Source: Savitreella phatthalungensis
Taxonomy: Eukaryota
Direction: 5' to 3'
DNA length: 64,000 bases
NCBI GenBank assembly: GCA_051599415.1
Contig: AP039701.1
Location: forward strand, 248,001-312,000
This document shows positions 31,677 through 42,531 of the stretch, piece after piece (positions within the stretch are counted from its first letter, which is position 1; every line of letters starts with the position of its first letter). A program made the translations under genes and the position numbers. The notes beneath the pieces were generated by a model that was not told the DNA's origin, searched no databases, and saw only the letters and a list, made by a program, of their open reading frames with translations.

Positions 31677-33416
31677 AAAAGAAAAAGAATACGACATCTA
31701 TATAGACGTTGTTCTTTCTTGTCTACACTCCACAGACTCGCAACCAAACCTCAGAGGACATCTTCATCCTCTCCTCTCTGCATGGCAATCTCCTATGTTC
31801 TTTTTACACACACACACACACACACAAAGGGGCGTGGCTATGATACAGTTACATCCGGCGTCATGACCTCGACCGGCTAGCAGGCTATCCTCTTTTATTG
31901 ATTGTCATTTCCCCCAAAAAACAAAACTCACATCCCTTTTCACCTTGATCCACCTCGTCCCACCACTTTGCAGTGGCACGAACGATGCTCAAAGATACAA
32001 GTCTGGAGGGGCAACTGCACATCTCTGGGTGTGTCGATCAGATGTCTCCCTTGCTCTGCTCATGTGTTTGTCCAGAGTCACTTGGATGTCGCATCTGATG
32101 GCAAAACTTTCGTTGATGATGACGATGTGCGAGACTCGGTGACTGTATGTGCGTGCGTGACCCGTCTGTCTGTGTTGTTGTGTGTCCTCGTTGTCCGTGT
32201 AAGCTGCCATTCTCAAACATCCGCACGTGGCTCAGAAGTTCCACTCTTTGTCTCGAATGATGGTGACACTACTGATGAAAGCTACGGCGCATCTGTATAG
32301 ACATTGCACGGATCACACGCCGTCTCACAACCTCGTTCGACTGCTGGGCCCTGCAGGTATGTACGGGAGGGTTGATTATGCTGCATACGCGGGTTTCGAA
32401 GATCTTCACGTGGACGATCCAGAGCTCTCTAACAATACGTGCACGTATGGATCATGCGAGATTCCAAGTAGACAGCATCGATTGCATGAGGAATGCTCAG
32501 TCGAATTTTCCTGATTGATTGATTCATCCATGCATGCATGAAGCATCCATGTTTCACGCGCAGCATTCACACATGTGGTTGTTTTGCTCACTTGAGCGTG
32601 ATTGTGAAGCTACGTCTAGCTCTGATAGTCAGCTGAGCAGAATACACGTGCTGTTTTGTCTACAGACTCATAGATGATATGTACATCATCTATTCTACAC
32701 TGGATACACATTCACACAGTATTCCAAGCAAGCTAATTTATTCGTGGATCGACCGTGGTAGCCGAAAGAGCATGAGAGATTGGGATTTTCCAAGACTTTG
32801 ACCCTATGTGATGCGGCTCCGACCTGCACCGAATCGCCTCACCATCGGCTTTCTTCGTAGCTGAGGCGTCCAGTCGATGCCACACCTCTCCCGTTCAGTC
32901 AGCCGCTAGTGTCAATAGATATCAGCAGCTTACCACCATGCTCGGGTTTCATAGTCAGCTGTCATACTGGCATTTTAGCCATGTGAGCTTTGGTTTAATG
33001 AACCAATATGTAAACACCGTCAGATTGTTCCTCGTGCAATCGAAGAGATTGACGCGACTCAGCTTTGAGATTAGTTTTGTGAATCTGCTTGTAGTGGAAT
33101 GATTGAATGCGGGTCAGATATCGATAGTTTGCTTTTCTACCTCTTTCACCTCCAGTATATCAGAATCCATTTTCTCTTCCAACTGTGACAGATTTTGGTA
33201 GTATCGATCGTGTTTAGGTAATTTGGCTCACTGTCTACTGATACAAAAACACAGAGTTTGAGTACCCGTGGCGGCTTTGAAAGTGGGGTAAGCCGCTTGA
33301 CCTGGATCTGTTCAAAGCTTAAGCTCATACATTCTAAGATCAGATCCATCACTCAATAACATGGATCTATGGATCGACCGAGACGATGAATCTGAGTGAT
33401 GATACTACGTAGCCAT

Positions 33417-33455
33417 AGCAGCAGCGGCAGCAGCAGCAGCAGCAACAGCAGCAGC
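33417..33455. repeat. (CAG)n microsatellite upstream of the monooxygenase
   Basis: Imperfect run agcagcagcggcagcagcagcagcagcaacagcagcagc. Confidence 0.8.
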
Positions 33456-33771
33456 CGCCCCTCTTCAACCTTTTAATCCTTCATCCTCGCTCACTCTCAC
33501 TCTCTCGATCGTCCAGCGCACACGCACACACTCCACTCACACTCCCTCACACTCATCCTGCTCCGACGAAACCGACGCAAATACCGATCCCGATCCTGAT
33601 CCGTCCACGCTTCAACCGCCCTAAAGTATATAGTCCAGCCAAGCGCCTATCCCTGTCAGCCATCATCAACATCAAGTTCACCCCCCACCTGCTTCGTCGA
33701 ACGTGATCGAGCATATTATCTTCTTTTCTTCATCTCTTTCTTGAATTCTTCATCAAGGCTCTTTCTCCACT

Positions 33772-35388
33772 ATGGCTCCACAGGGTACTGACTTCGATGT
33801 CGTCCTCGTCGGCAGCGGCATGTCAGGTATGGCCTTGACCTACCTCATCAACAAGCGTCTTCCCGCAGCAAAGATATGCATCCTCGAGCGCGAGGGATCC
33901 GTCGGCGGCACCTGGCACCTGAATTCATACCCAGGCGCAGGATGTGATGTCCCCTCCCACCTCTACTCGTTCTCCTTCGCACAGAACCCGAACTGGTCGC
34001 GTTTCATGAGCAAGCGTGACGAGATCGCAGCCTACCAGAAGGACGTCGCACGCAGATTCAACATCGACCAGCAGATTCGTTTCAACCACGGATGCAACAA
34101 TGCCAAGTGGGACGAGGCCGAGAAGATCTGGCGCGTCAACGTCACAGACTACGCAAAGGACTCCGGCAACCAGTACGAGCTGACAGCGCGCGCATTCGTC
34201 ACAGCCGCAGGCGCACTCCACCTCCCGAACGACTGCGACATCAAGGGCGCAGAGAACTTCAAGGGCGACATCTTCCACTCCGCTCGGTGGAATCACAAGG
34301 TCGACCTGACCGGCAAGAACGTCGTTGTCATTGGCAACGGATGCTCCGCCACACAGTTCGTCCCGATCCTCGCAGAGAAGAGCAAGCACGTGCGCCAATT
34401 CGTCAGGTCGATGCACTACCTGATGCCCAACCCGGACTTCAACTACAGCGACAAGACGAAGCGCAGATTCTCCCGCCTGCCATTGCTGATGAAGTTCTAC
34501 CGACTTGTGCTCGCAGCATTCATGGACCTCGCATTTACACCCTTCTGGGCAAACCGACTCGGCAAGACCCTCCGCGCAGACTACCAGAAGAAGATTCGCG
34601 GATACATCAGCGCAAAGTGCCCTGAGAAGTACAGAGACATCATCGTCCCAGACTTCCAGATCGGCTGCAAGCGCAGAGTCATGGACACCGGCTATCTTGA
34701 GTGCCTCTCACGCGACAACGTCGACGTCACTCGTGACGGCCTCGTTGAGATCAAGGAGCACTCTGTCGTGACAAAGAGCGGGAAGGAATACCCGTGTGAC
34801 GCCATCGTCCTCGCCAACGGATTCAAGGTCGGCAAGTTCGAGGTCGACATCACCGGTCGTTACGGAGAGACACTCGAGAAGCACTGGGACAAGTATGGCC
34901 GCGTTGAGGCATACTTCTCAACCTGCCTCAACAACTTCCCCAACTTCTTCCTGTCGATGGGTCCGAACTCCGGCACGGGTCACTACTCGTACATCTTCAC
35001 GAGTGAGTGCCAGAACGAATTCATCGTCCAGATGCTCGAGCAGATCCTCCCACGCCGTCGATCTGCAGTTGGCACACCCGCCAACAAGGCAAAGACGATC
35101 GAGGTGACGCGCAAGGCGGAGGACGACGACGTACGCTGGATTGACGAGCAGACTGAGAAGACGATCGTCGGCAGATCCGGTGGCTGCAACGCCTGGTACA
35201 CAAAGGACGGCAAGAACGTCGCACTCTACCCACACTACCAGATGCACTTCTGGTACAGAGCAGCCAACCCGAAGTGGCACCACTTCACCCTCAACGACAA
35301 GCCTGCAGGCACTTGGCTAGGCGGCTGGGTCAAGACCCTACTGCCAGTCGCTGGAGCCGCAGCCATCGCAGCCACCATCGCAGCTTAA
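33772..35388 (+). CDS. Type I Baeyer-Villiger-type flavin monooxygenase
   Basis: GSGMSG FAD motif, GGTWHLNSYPGAGCDVPS, fingerprint FKGDIFHSARW (FxGxxxHxxxW), second Rossmann GNGCSA, GCKR, LANGF; hydrophobic C-terminal tail. Confidence 0.93.
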   Translation: MAPQGTDFDVVLVGSGMSGMALTYLINKRLPAAKICILEREGSVGGTWHLNSYPGAGCDVPSHLYSFSFAQNPNWSRFMSKRDEIAAYQKDVARRFNIDQQIRFNHGCNNAKWDEAEKIWRVNVTDYAKDSGNQYELTARAFVTAAGALHLPNDCDIKGAENFKGDIFHSARWNHKVDLTGKNVVVIGNGCSATQFVPILAEKSKHVRQFVRSMHYLMPNPDFNYSDKTKRRFSRLPLLMKFYRLVLAAFMDLAFTPFWANRLGKTLRADYQKKIRGYISAKCPEKYRDIIVPDFQIGCKRRVMDTGYLECLSRDNVDVTRDGLVEIKEHSVVTKSGKEYPCDAIVLANGFKVGKFEVDITGRYGETLEKHWDKYGRVEAYFSTCLNNFPNFFLSMGPNSGTGHYSYIFTSECQNEFIVQMLEQILPRRRSAVGTPANKAKTIEVTRKAEDDDVRWIDEQTEKTIVGRSGGCNAWYTKDGKNVALYPHYQMHFWYRAANPKWHHFTLNDKPAGTWLGGWVKTLLPVAGAAAIAATIAA

Positions 35389-35765
35389 TCTTTTCCCCTT
35401 GTTTGCCAAGGTCAAGTCATCTCCTCCTCACTGACTAACACTTACGTATCACTCACAACCCAACGCACGTCAAGCATACTCTTTCATCTTCCTAGCTTTA
35501 CTACTGATAGATTAGCAACCCATCTCGTTTCCCATTGCCTTGCCCTTTTCTCCCTGCATCATGCCTGGATCAATCCTTGGCATTCACGTGAAACTAGTTT
35601 TCACATGCATCTGTGATCCCGTGTAATGCAACGTACGTGTGTACGGGAGAAGACACGTCCACGTCTTGATATGAACATACACCACCACCTAGCAACGCGT
35701 ACAAGTCATTCCCACAAGTCCAGTCTCCACCGATACGGCACGATTTTGTGCCTGCTGGTGTGAAG

Positions 35766-36488
35766 ATGGCGGCAGCGATTGGGAACAGCTGCGTGAAGCA
35801 GTTGAAACTGGTACGTCGTGAGCTGACATCTTATGAGTCTGCCATAACGTCGTGTGAGAGCGACATCTCTGGCACCAGCAACGGCGGCGACAATCTACCT
35901 GCATTACGAGGCGCACTCACAGCTTCTTTATCCACGCTGACGCGGCTGCTGGACGATTTTGACGGAGTCGTCCGCGCCGACGGGACCTCTGGTGACAGAC
36001 GTGACAAAAACCTCGCTCGATCGCGAGATCTCCGTAACCAGCGAAACGATCTTGCTCGTGACATCTCCCTTGCCAACACGAAAGCCGACGGTGCGCTCAC
36101 CACCCGCAACCGCTCACGCCTCTTAGACAACCACCAACAGCACCGGACGAGTACACCGGATAACCCGTACGGCCACGTCCCCACACAACGCGAACCGGTC
36201 TCCCGCGCGGATGGCAACACGCGTGAGACCCATGCGCTATCACGCGTCTCTGCAGCCCTAGACGAGTACATCGAGAGCGGTCTGGCATCGCTAGGCGACC
36301 TCCGTGACCAGACAGGTGCACTCAAAGGCGCTCAGCGTAAAGTGCGCGATATCGGGGTCTCCCTAGGACTAGGTGGAGAAACGATCAGGTGGATCGAGAG
36401 GAGAACTTCTCAAGATCGCTGGGTCTTCTACGGAGGTTGTGCCTTCACGCTCTTCATGTTCTTCGTCATCTACCACTACCTCGGCTGA
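35766..36488 (+). CDS. BOS1: ER-Golgi Qb-SNARE (Bos1/membrin-like)
   Basis: ATG 35766; helical N-domain, SNARE motif LDEYIESGLASLGDLRDQTGALKGAQRK, LGLGGETIRWIERRTSQDRWVF, C-terminal TM helix. Confidence 0.85.
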   Translation: MAAAIGNSCVKQLKLVRRELTSYESAITSCESDISGTSNGGDNLPALRGALTASLSTLTRLLDDFDGVVRADGTSGDRRDKNLARSRDLRNQRNDLARDISLANTKADGALTTRNRSRLLDNHQQHRTSTPDNPYGHVPTQREPVSRADGNTRETHALSRVSAALDEYIESGLASLGDLRDQTGALKGAQRKVRDIGVSLGLGGETIRWIERRTSQDRWVFYGGCAFTLFMFFVIYHYLG

Positions 36489-37473
36489 ACCACAGCCTGG
36501 AAGAAAAGTCTCTGGACCCGACTGTGCCCACAGGAAACGCTCCGTTGGCCTCCCGGGCAAATGCATCGCAAGAGGACGAACACAAGAATTTAACGCAAGC
36601 CAGTCTTTCAATCGTCTCCGCCCGCGAAGCATTCCGCAACGCACGCCGTCCAGAGCAGCAAGATACACAAGAGCATGGCAGGACGACGACGGCCTCTAGC
36701 AGTACCACTTCCAGGGAATATCAACCGGGGAAGTCCGTCAAAACGCTTTGTCTCTCGAGCGGATGCAACCTTCGAGAACCAAGTCAACGTGTCGCGATAA
36801 TGTCTTTCTCGCTGACCACTACTGTCTAAGGTCTGCGGTAGAATCCAATGTGGTTGGCTCATTCGTCCAAACGCTCTGCCAATGGAATACGGCATGAGCA
36901 CAACAGTCCAAATTGTCGACTGTTCAACGGCTCTACGGTTTACCAGATGCTCATGGCAAGAGGCTTATGCGAAACGGCACGGTCGTGCAGGAAAAAGGTT
37001 GCAGAGCCGGTCGACCATGTCCAGCTCGTACAGCCTGCAGCTGCCTCCATTTCCCCAGTGACCTTCGACTACCAGGTCAGCTAAGCTCCACCGCCTCCAT
37101 ATTCAAACTCACCTCGGAGGTGCTACCAGGCAAGATGCGCGAGGATAACGCCGCAGGAAAATTCACTCTGAATATAATCGAGCCTATGTCGAAAAGGTTT
37201 ACCGTACGCTCGGTTCCATACTAAAAGACCTTTGAACAAAGACGAGACGACACGGCCTGCAGCAACACACGGCAAGTCACCGCAAAACATCCACAAGCAG
37301 TTGCCTGGCCGATGCAAAGACATCTCCGTCCCCAGACAAACCTCACCTATCAACGGCTTTCTGGCCGGAGTAAATGCGTATGGGACCTCTACAATTAAGA
37401 CACAAAAGTCCCAAAGGTCGGACACGGCACAACCTGGCCAACAATCTGCACTGTACCAACGTTCACGCCGAGC

Positions 37474-37479
37474 TATAAA
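37474..37479 (+). promoter_or_regulatory. TATA box conserved upstream of all three tandem Thr-rich genes
   Basis: cTATAAAg at 37474, 40061 and 42488, i.e. 42, 43 and 44 nt before the respective ATGs. Confidence 0.7.
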
Positions 37480-37515
37480 GTGACAGGATGGTCCGTTACA
37501 CAGACGCGTCGAGCC

Positions 37516-38919
37516 ATGCTACTGTCGAATTGTTTCGTCCTCCTAGGCCTTGCCCCGACCGCGTGGGCAGGCGTGTCTGAGGATGTTGTCGCCGCCGGTC
37601 GATTCTGTGGTGCTGTGAACAGTCTTGTCAGCAGGCTCGGTAGCGCTCCGGCTTCGTCTGCTCATGCGTTCTGTAACAACTACCTCGCCATCAAGGCGTC
37701 TTCGACCGTCACTGTGTCTGCTTCGGCCGTGACCACTACCACAGTATCGACATGCCCTGGTGTCGGTGCAAGCACCTCCTCGACGTTGAGTCTCGCGAAG
37801 CGCGCAGTCACGCCCAGTAGATTCGTTCGGACGCCAGGGCCGCTGTGCCCTTCGTTCTTGACGGCCATCGGCACTGCCGCTCTATCGACCGCCTGCTCCT
37901 GTCTAACAAGCGTGACCACGACGACGACTATCATCACGCCGACCTCAACCGTGACAAAGTACCAGCAGAGTACAAGCACATTCACGTCGACTGTCACGGT
38001 CCAAGCCAATCCAATAATCACGTATTCGACGGCCACGCGCCTGACCACCACCATCACAACATCCCTCTCGAGCGTCACTTCTACCATTACCAATATCGTC
38101 GACAGCACGTCAACCTCGGTCGTCACACCGACAAGCACATCGACAGTTTACATGGGAGACACGGTGACGGTGACGAGGTCCGTAACTCCAACGAGCAGCG
38201 TTCAGAACCTAGGCAAGCGCACGGCGCCAGTATCAGCGGCACCACCGGCTTCCTCCGCACCCGTCGACAAGTGCGCAGTAGTCATCACCACTGTTTTTAC
38301 TACTGTCACCTCGACATCAACAACTACGAGCGCGACCACCACCACCTCCACCTCCACGCTCGTGACTGGGTCAATCGTAGCGATTCCCACGACTTCCAGC
38401 ACCACGCGGATCGTCGGCACAGTCACCTCTACCTTGTCCCCAATGACCGTCGTCGTTACCATGCAGCCGACTCACACCGCCTTGAACTACATCCGAAATG
38501 GCGATGCGGAAGATCCATCGCCCCTTTCTTCCACCTGGCAGATCGATGGAGGCGGAACAATCAAGACTGTGGCAGGTGCAGGCGTGAATGGCTCGACCGC
38601 GTTCGAATTTATGACTGACGGCACTCTCTATAGCCATGTCCAATTGACCCAGCAGGTCAAGAACCTTCCGAATGGCCAATACCTGACCTTTGCTTATGCC
38701 GGCCTGCAGCAAGGCTGCGACCTAGTATTTTACTATGTCCCAAACTCCGGCCCAGCCATCACAAGGAATGCGAGATCGATCTCCCAAGCATACGTAACGG
38801 CCGGTCCATTTCGGTATGACGAACCTTCCGGCGCAAACCATGTCGCCTTCTACTACCGCTGTAACGGAAATATCCAAGCGCCCATCAGGGTCGACAATGT
38901 CTTCCTCGGCTCTCTATAG
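37516..38919 (+). CDS. Secreted Thr/Ser-rich protein with Cys motifs, KR sites and C-terminal CBM-like domain, copy 1
   Basis: ATG 37516; signal MLLSNCFVLLGLAPTAWA; AFCNNYL and STACSCL motifs; AKR and GKR; C-domain NYIRNGDAED...RVDNVF. Confidence 0.85.
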   Translation: MLLSNCFVLLGLAPTAWAGVSEDVVAAGRFCGAVNSLVSRLGSAPASSAHAFCNNYLAIKASSTVTVSASAVTTTTVSTCPGVGASTSSTLSLAKRAVTPSRFVRTPGPLCPSFLTAIGTAALSTACSCLTSVTTTTTIITPTSTVTKYQQSTSTFTSTVTVQANPIITYSTATRLTTTITTSLSSVTSTITNIVDSTSTSVVTPTSTSTVYMGDTVTVTRSVTPTSSVQNLGKRTAPVSAAPPASSAPVDKCAVVITTVFTTVTSTSTTTSATTTTSTSTLVTGSIVAIPTTSSTTRIVGTVTSTLSPMTVVVTMQPTHTALNYIRNGDAEDPSPLSSTWQIDGGGTIKTVAGAGVNGSTAFEFMTDGTLYSHVQLTQQVKNLPNGQYLTFAYAGLQQGCDLVFYYVPNSGPAITRNARSISQAYVTAGPFRYDEPSGANHVAFYYRCNGNIQAPIRVDNVFLGSL

Positions 38920-39014
38920 TGCTCGCCACTTCCACTGTAGTTCTTCATGTTGATGACCCTTCCACTTCTAATCCCCGGCCTCCTTCATTCCCGCCTCCCA
39001 CTAAGAAACAACTG

Positions 39015-39077
39015 AATCCCGTCCTCCAATTTTTCTCCGTCCACCGCTCCTCAACCTTCCTCACGCTTTCCATCAAC
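39015..39077 (-). pseudogene. Decayed fragment of the MDP1 3' end
   Basis: aatcccgtcctccaa...tcaaccttcctcacgctttccatcaac aligns by eye with 44057..44120. Confidence 0.6.
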
Positions 39078-39342
39078 GTCCAGGCCATTGATCCATTGCT
39101 TTGCCCATTAAAAATTGCGGAAGCGAATGTCATGCAAGCATGAGACCCACACCACTCTTCTCAATGTCGCACAAACATGGCAGGAGGGTTGAAGACAACT
39201 TCTGCTGACAACGGTATCTCGATCCACTCAACTCAACGCGCTCGACCTGACGCTTGAGGCAACAGAAAGTCAGGCTTAGCAGTCGAGGAAATCGTCGACC
39301 ATTGCCAGATCACAACATTTGGAATACCTATATGTGACCACG

Positions 39343-39405
39343 TTCATTCTTTCGTTCGTTCGTTCATTCGTTCGTTCGTTCATTCATTCATTCATTCATT
39401 CATTC
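39343..39405. repeat. Compound (TTCG)n/(TTCA)n microsatellite
   Basis: ttcgttcgttcgttcattcgttcgttcgttcattcattcattcattcattcattc. Confidence 0.9.
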
Positions 39406-40103
39406 CAAGCTCTCGCTCGACTGGTCAATCTCTCCTTACTCGTCATCCTGTCTAGACAAACACTCCCCTATAGCTGACCACGGTGACCAGAGGAAGTATT
39501 AAAATGGCGCTTTGTCAATGTCGATAGTGCCAGATCGAGGAAAGGGCTGGCTGCGGGAATTGTCTCGGGAGGATGGCAGCTTGAGGGGGGTTACATTTGT
39601 ATTTCCGCCTTCGAAACCTTTTCAGTACGGGTCAATCGAGCCAGGTTCTCGGGTGAACCCTTTTTAAGTCTGTCTACCTCGTCTCCTCCTACCGACCACT
39701 TGTCCCGACCAGTACGGATCTCGAATCAAGGTTTGGCTTCGCCGGCTATGGCTCGGGCTCGGGCTCTTCCCGATACGGGAATGCAATACAGCATAACACA
39801 TAGCAACACGAGGCACTCCATCGTCTGGCAGAACTGGTGTGTAGGTGGTCGTCAACCGGCGCGAGGTAAGACACATACACGCATCTCCGAATCAGCTCCG
39901 ATTTGTATGTCAGGTCTCAAGCAGGGGATTCGTATGGGTCTTCCACTGACCCGAGACACAAAGTGAGAATCTCGATCTCGATTATGGCTTCTCAGCATGT
40001 CTACGCTGCTTCGACTCGCACCAGCACTACTCTCAAGCTTGAAGACAAGCTAAGCTAAACTATAAAGCATCAGGGTGACCCCACTCACAGTCCTGTCAAA
40101 GAT

Positions 40104-41498
40104 ATGTTGTTCTCAAACTGTTTCGTGGTTTTAGGCCTTGCCTCATCAGCATGGGCAGGCGTATCGGAAGACATTGCCGCGGCCGGCAAATTCTGTGCCC
40201 CTGTCAATCTTCTCGTCAATGGACTTGGCAGCGCTCCGGCTTCGTCTGCTCATGCCTTCTGCAACAACTATCTCGGCGTCAAGCCGACCTCGACCGTGAC
40301 TGTGTCTGCTTCAGCTGTGACCACGACCACAGTATCGACCTGTCCTGGCGTCGCCAGCTCCTCAACGGCGAGCCTCGTCAAGCGTGGAGCCACCCTCAGC
40401 CCATTCGTCCGGACGCCTGGACCGCCATGTCCAACGTTCCTGACGGCCATTGGCCCCGCCGCTCTCTCGACCGCTTGCTCCTGTCTGACTAGCGTGACTA
40501 CGACGACAGCGACTGTGACGCCGACCTCGACGGTGACCAGGTACCAGCAGAGCACCAGCACATTCACCTCGACTGTCACTGTCCAGGCCACTCCGGTCTT
40601 CAGCTATTCGACGGCCACGCTCGTCAGCACCACCACCACCACGGACCTTTCGAGCACCACGTCCACCGTCACTGACACCGCTGACGTGATGGTGACCACG
40701 ACCGTTACGCCGACCGTCACATCAACCTTGACTCAGGGAGATACGGTGACGGTGACGAGCTCCGTCACCCCGACAAGCAGCGCTCAGAACCTGGGCAAGC
40801 GTACAGCGCCGGCGTCGGCAGCACCAGCGGCATCATCCTTGCCCGTCAACAACTGCAAGGTGGTCGTCGTCACCACCGTGGTCACTGTCACCTCGACATC
40901 GACCTCCACGATCGCAAGCACCACCACCGCCACCTCGACCTTGGTGACCAGCTCTACCGTCGCAACCGCGACCACTTCCACCACAACCCGGACCGTCAGT
41001 ACAGTCACAGACACGGCGACCGCCTCAACTGTCGTCGTCACCGTTCGTCCGACCCATACCGCTGTGAACTACCTGAAGAACGGTGACTTCGAAGACACAG
41101 CTCCGCTCTCGTCCACCTGGCAGGTCCCATCGAGCGACGCGACCGGGCGTGCGACGAAGGCTCCAGGCAGAGGTGTGGATGGCTCGACCGCGGTCGAGCT
41201 CACGAGCAGTGTCGAATTCTCCCAGCAAGTCCAGAACGTGCCGAACCTGCAATACCTCAAGTTCTCGTACGCCGGTCTCCAGTCGGCCTGCACGCTGATG
41301 TGGTACTACGAGAGCTCGATCGGTAGGCGTTACCCGAACAGTGTCGACCCATCCCCATCCTACGACACCTATACCACCACCGACCCTGTCATCTACGACG
41401 CCCAAGAACTCCCCAAATCCGTCATCTTCACGTACTCCTGCCCGCAAGGCCAGGAAGCGCCCGTCCTGATCGACAACGTCTTCTTCGGCACTTTCTAG
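40104..41498 (+). CDS. Secreted Thr/Ser-rich protein, copy 2
   Basis: 464 aa; same architecture as 37516 (signal, AFCNNYL, ACSCL, VKR/GKR, NYLKNGDFED...LIDNVF). Confidence 0.87.
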   Translation: MLFSNCFVVLGLASSAWAGVSEDIAAAGKFCAPVNLLVNGLGSAPASSAHAFCNNYLGVKPTSTVTVSASAVTTTTVSTCPGVASSSTASLVKRGATLSPFVRTPGPPCPTFLTAIGPAALSTACSCLTSVTTTTATVTPTSTVTRYQQSTSTFTSTVTVQATPVFSYSTATLVSTTTTTDLSSTTSTVTDTADVMVTTTVTPTVTSTLTQGDTVTVTSSVTPTSSAQNLGKRTAPASAAPAASSLPVNNCKVVVVTTVVTVTSTSTSTIASTTTATSTLVTSSTVATATTSTTTRTVSTVTDTATASTVVVTVRPTHTAVNYLKNGDFEDTAPLSSTWQVPSSDATGRATKAPGRGVDGSTAVELTSSVEFSQQVQNVPNLQYLKFSYAGLQSACTLMWYYESSIGRRYPNSVDPSPSYDTYTTTDPVIYDAQELPKSVIFTYSCPQGQEAPVLIDNVFFGTF

Positions 41499-41544
41499 GA
41501 CAGTCTTTTTCTTATACAGGCCATACTTAATCCATCCTTTCTCC

Positions 41545-41646
41545 TTATCCTTCTCTCCATTCTGTCTCTCGCCGGATCCTAATCCCGTCCTCCAACACCT
41601 CCCACATCACCCTCTCCTCAACCTCACTCCCGCTATCCATCAACCG
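41545..41646 (-). pseudogene. Fragment of the MDP1 3' end
   Basis: Translates RLMDSGSEVEERVMWEVLEDGIRIRRE versus MDP1 C-terminus RLMGSGKKVGEGVTWEVLEDGVRIWRE. Confidence 0.8.
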
Positions 41647-42531
41647 CATCGCACGAACATGGCAGGAGGGTTGATGACAAACTCTGTTGACTGCATGAAC
41701 CGACTGGCTCGACTGTTGACCAAACATGAAAGCATCGGGTCCAAACCAGAGTCAAGGCCGGCCGTGGAGAAAGCCAGTTGACCGTCCATCTCGCCACATG
41801 ACAGACAACAAATCAGACTGCCTATGCGCCCGACTACAATTGATTCATTAGCTCCTTCCTTCTAGATACCGATGACCTCGACTGTCAGACTCCTCAAGCT
41901 CGTCCGTCGACTTGGGCAAGAACAGTATACTCCGAAAGCAGAAGACAGTCAAGTCTATGAGGCTTTAGAACGGCACGGCACGGTCAATGTCAATTAAGAG
42001 ACTAACAAACTGGGAAAGCTGTCGGGAGCGAATGTCTCCAACCTGGACGGCAACCAAATTACGCCAAAGCTCTTTCCCTTCAGAATTCTCAGTACTGTAC
42101 TGGTATGGGTTCATCAAACCGAATCCTCGGCTCAACCTCTCCCAACTTGTCCTTCACTACTTCAGAATCTCATGAACCTCAAGCAAGCTTCGGGGCTCGT
42201 GCTCAAGCTCGCGTCCCATCAAGGCAACCTAGAACGCATCACGAGGCAAGTTGACTCGTCGTCCGGTAGCACGGGGGCCTGAAGTCAATCGTCTCCAGGT
42301 CAGACAGACATACAGACCCTCACTCGGTAGTAAGCTCTGATTCGCCAGGTCTTAAGCAGGCAATCAGTATGGGACATCGCCTGCCCTTTTTCAACACAAA
42401 GCTATCGATCTCGACCTCGTCTTCCTCCTGATCGATGCCGGTCATGCTTGTTATCACCCTGCTCTCGAGGATCAAGCCACGCTAGGCTATAAAGCATCAC
42501 AACGACCCCGACGCACAATGCTGTCAAAGAT

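Noticed and set aside
31700..33700. Possible snoRNA or small ORFs in the long intergenic region
   Set aside because: TGATGA/CTGA words occur but I could not identify a convincing terminal stem or rRNA guide; short ORFs lack coding features. A covariance-model search would be needed.
33772..35388. YUCCA-type auxin biosynthesis monooxygenase
   Set aside because: The fingerprint is FxGxxxHxxxW with GGTWxxNxYPG (BVMO type), not the FMO/YUCCA FxGxxxHxxxY/F form.
36389..37483. Short ORFs between BOS1 and the Thr-rich array, or a transposon remnant
   Set aside because: No transposase or RT motifs, terminal repeats or coding signature seen; part of it matches the duplicated upstream sequence.
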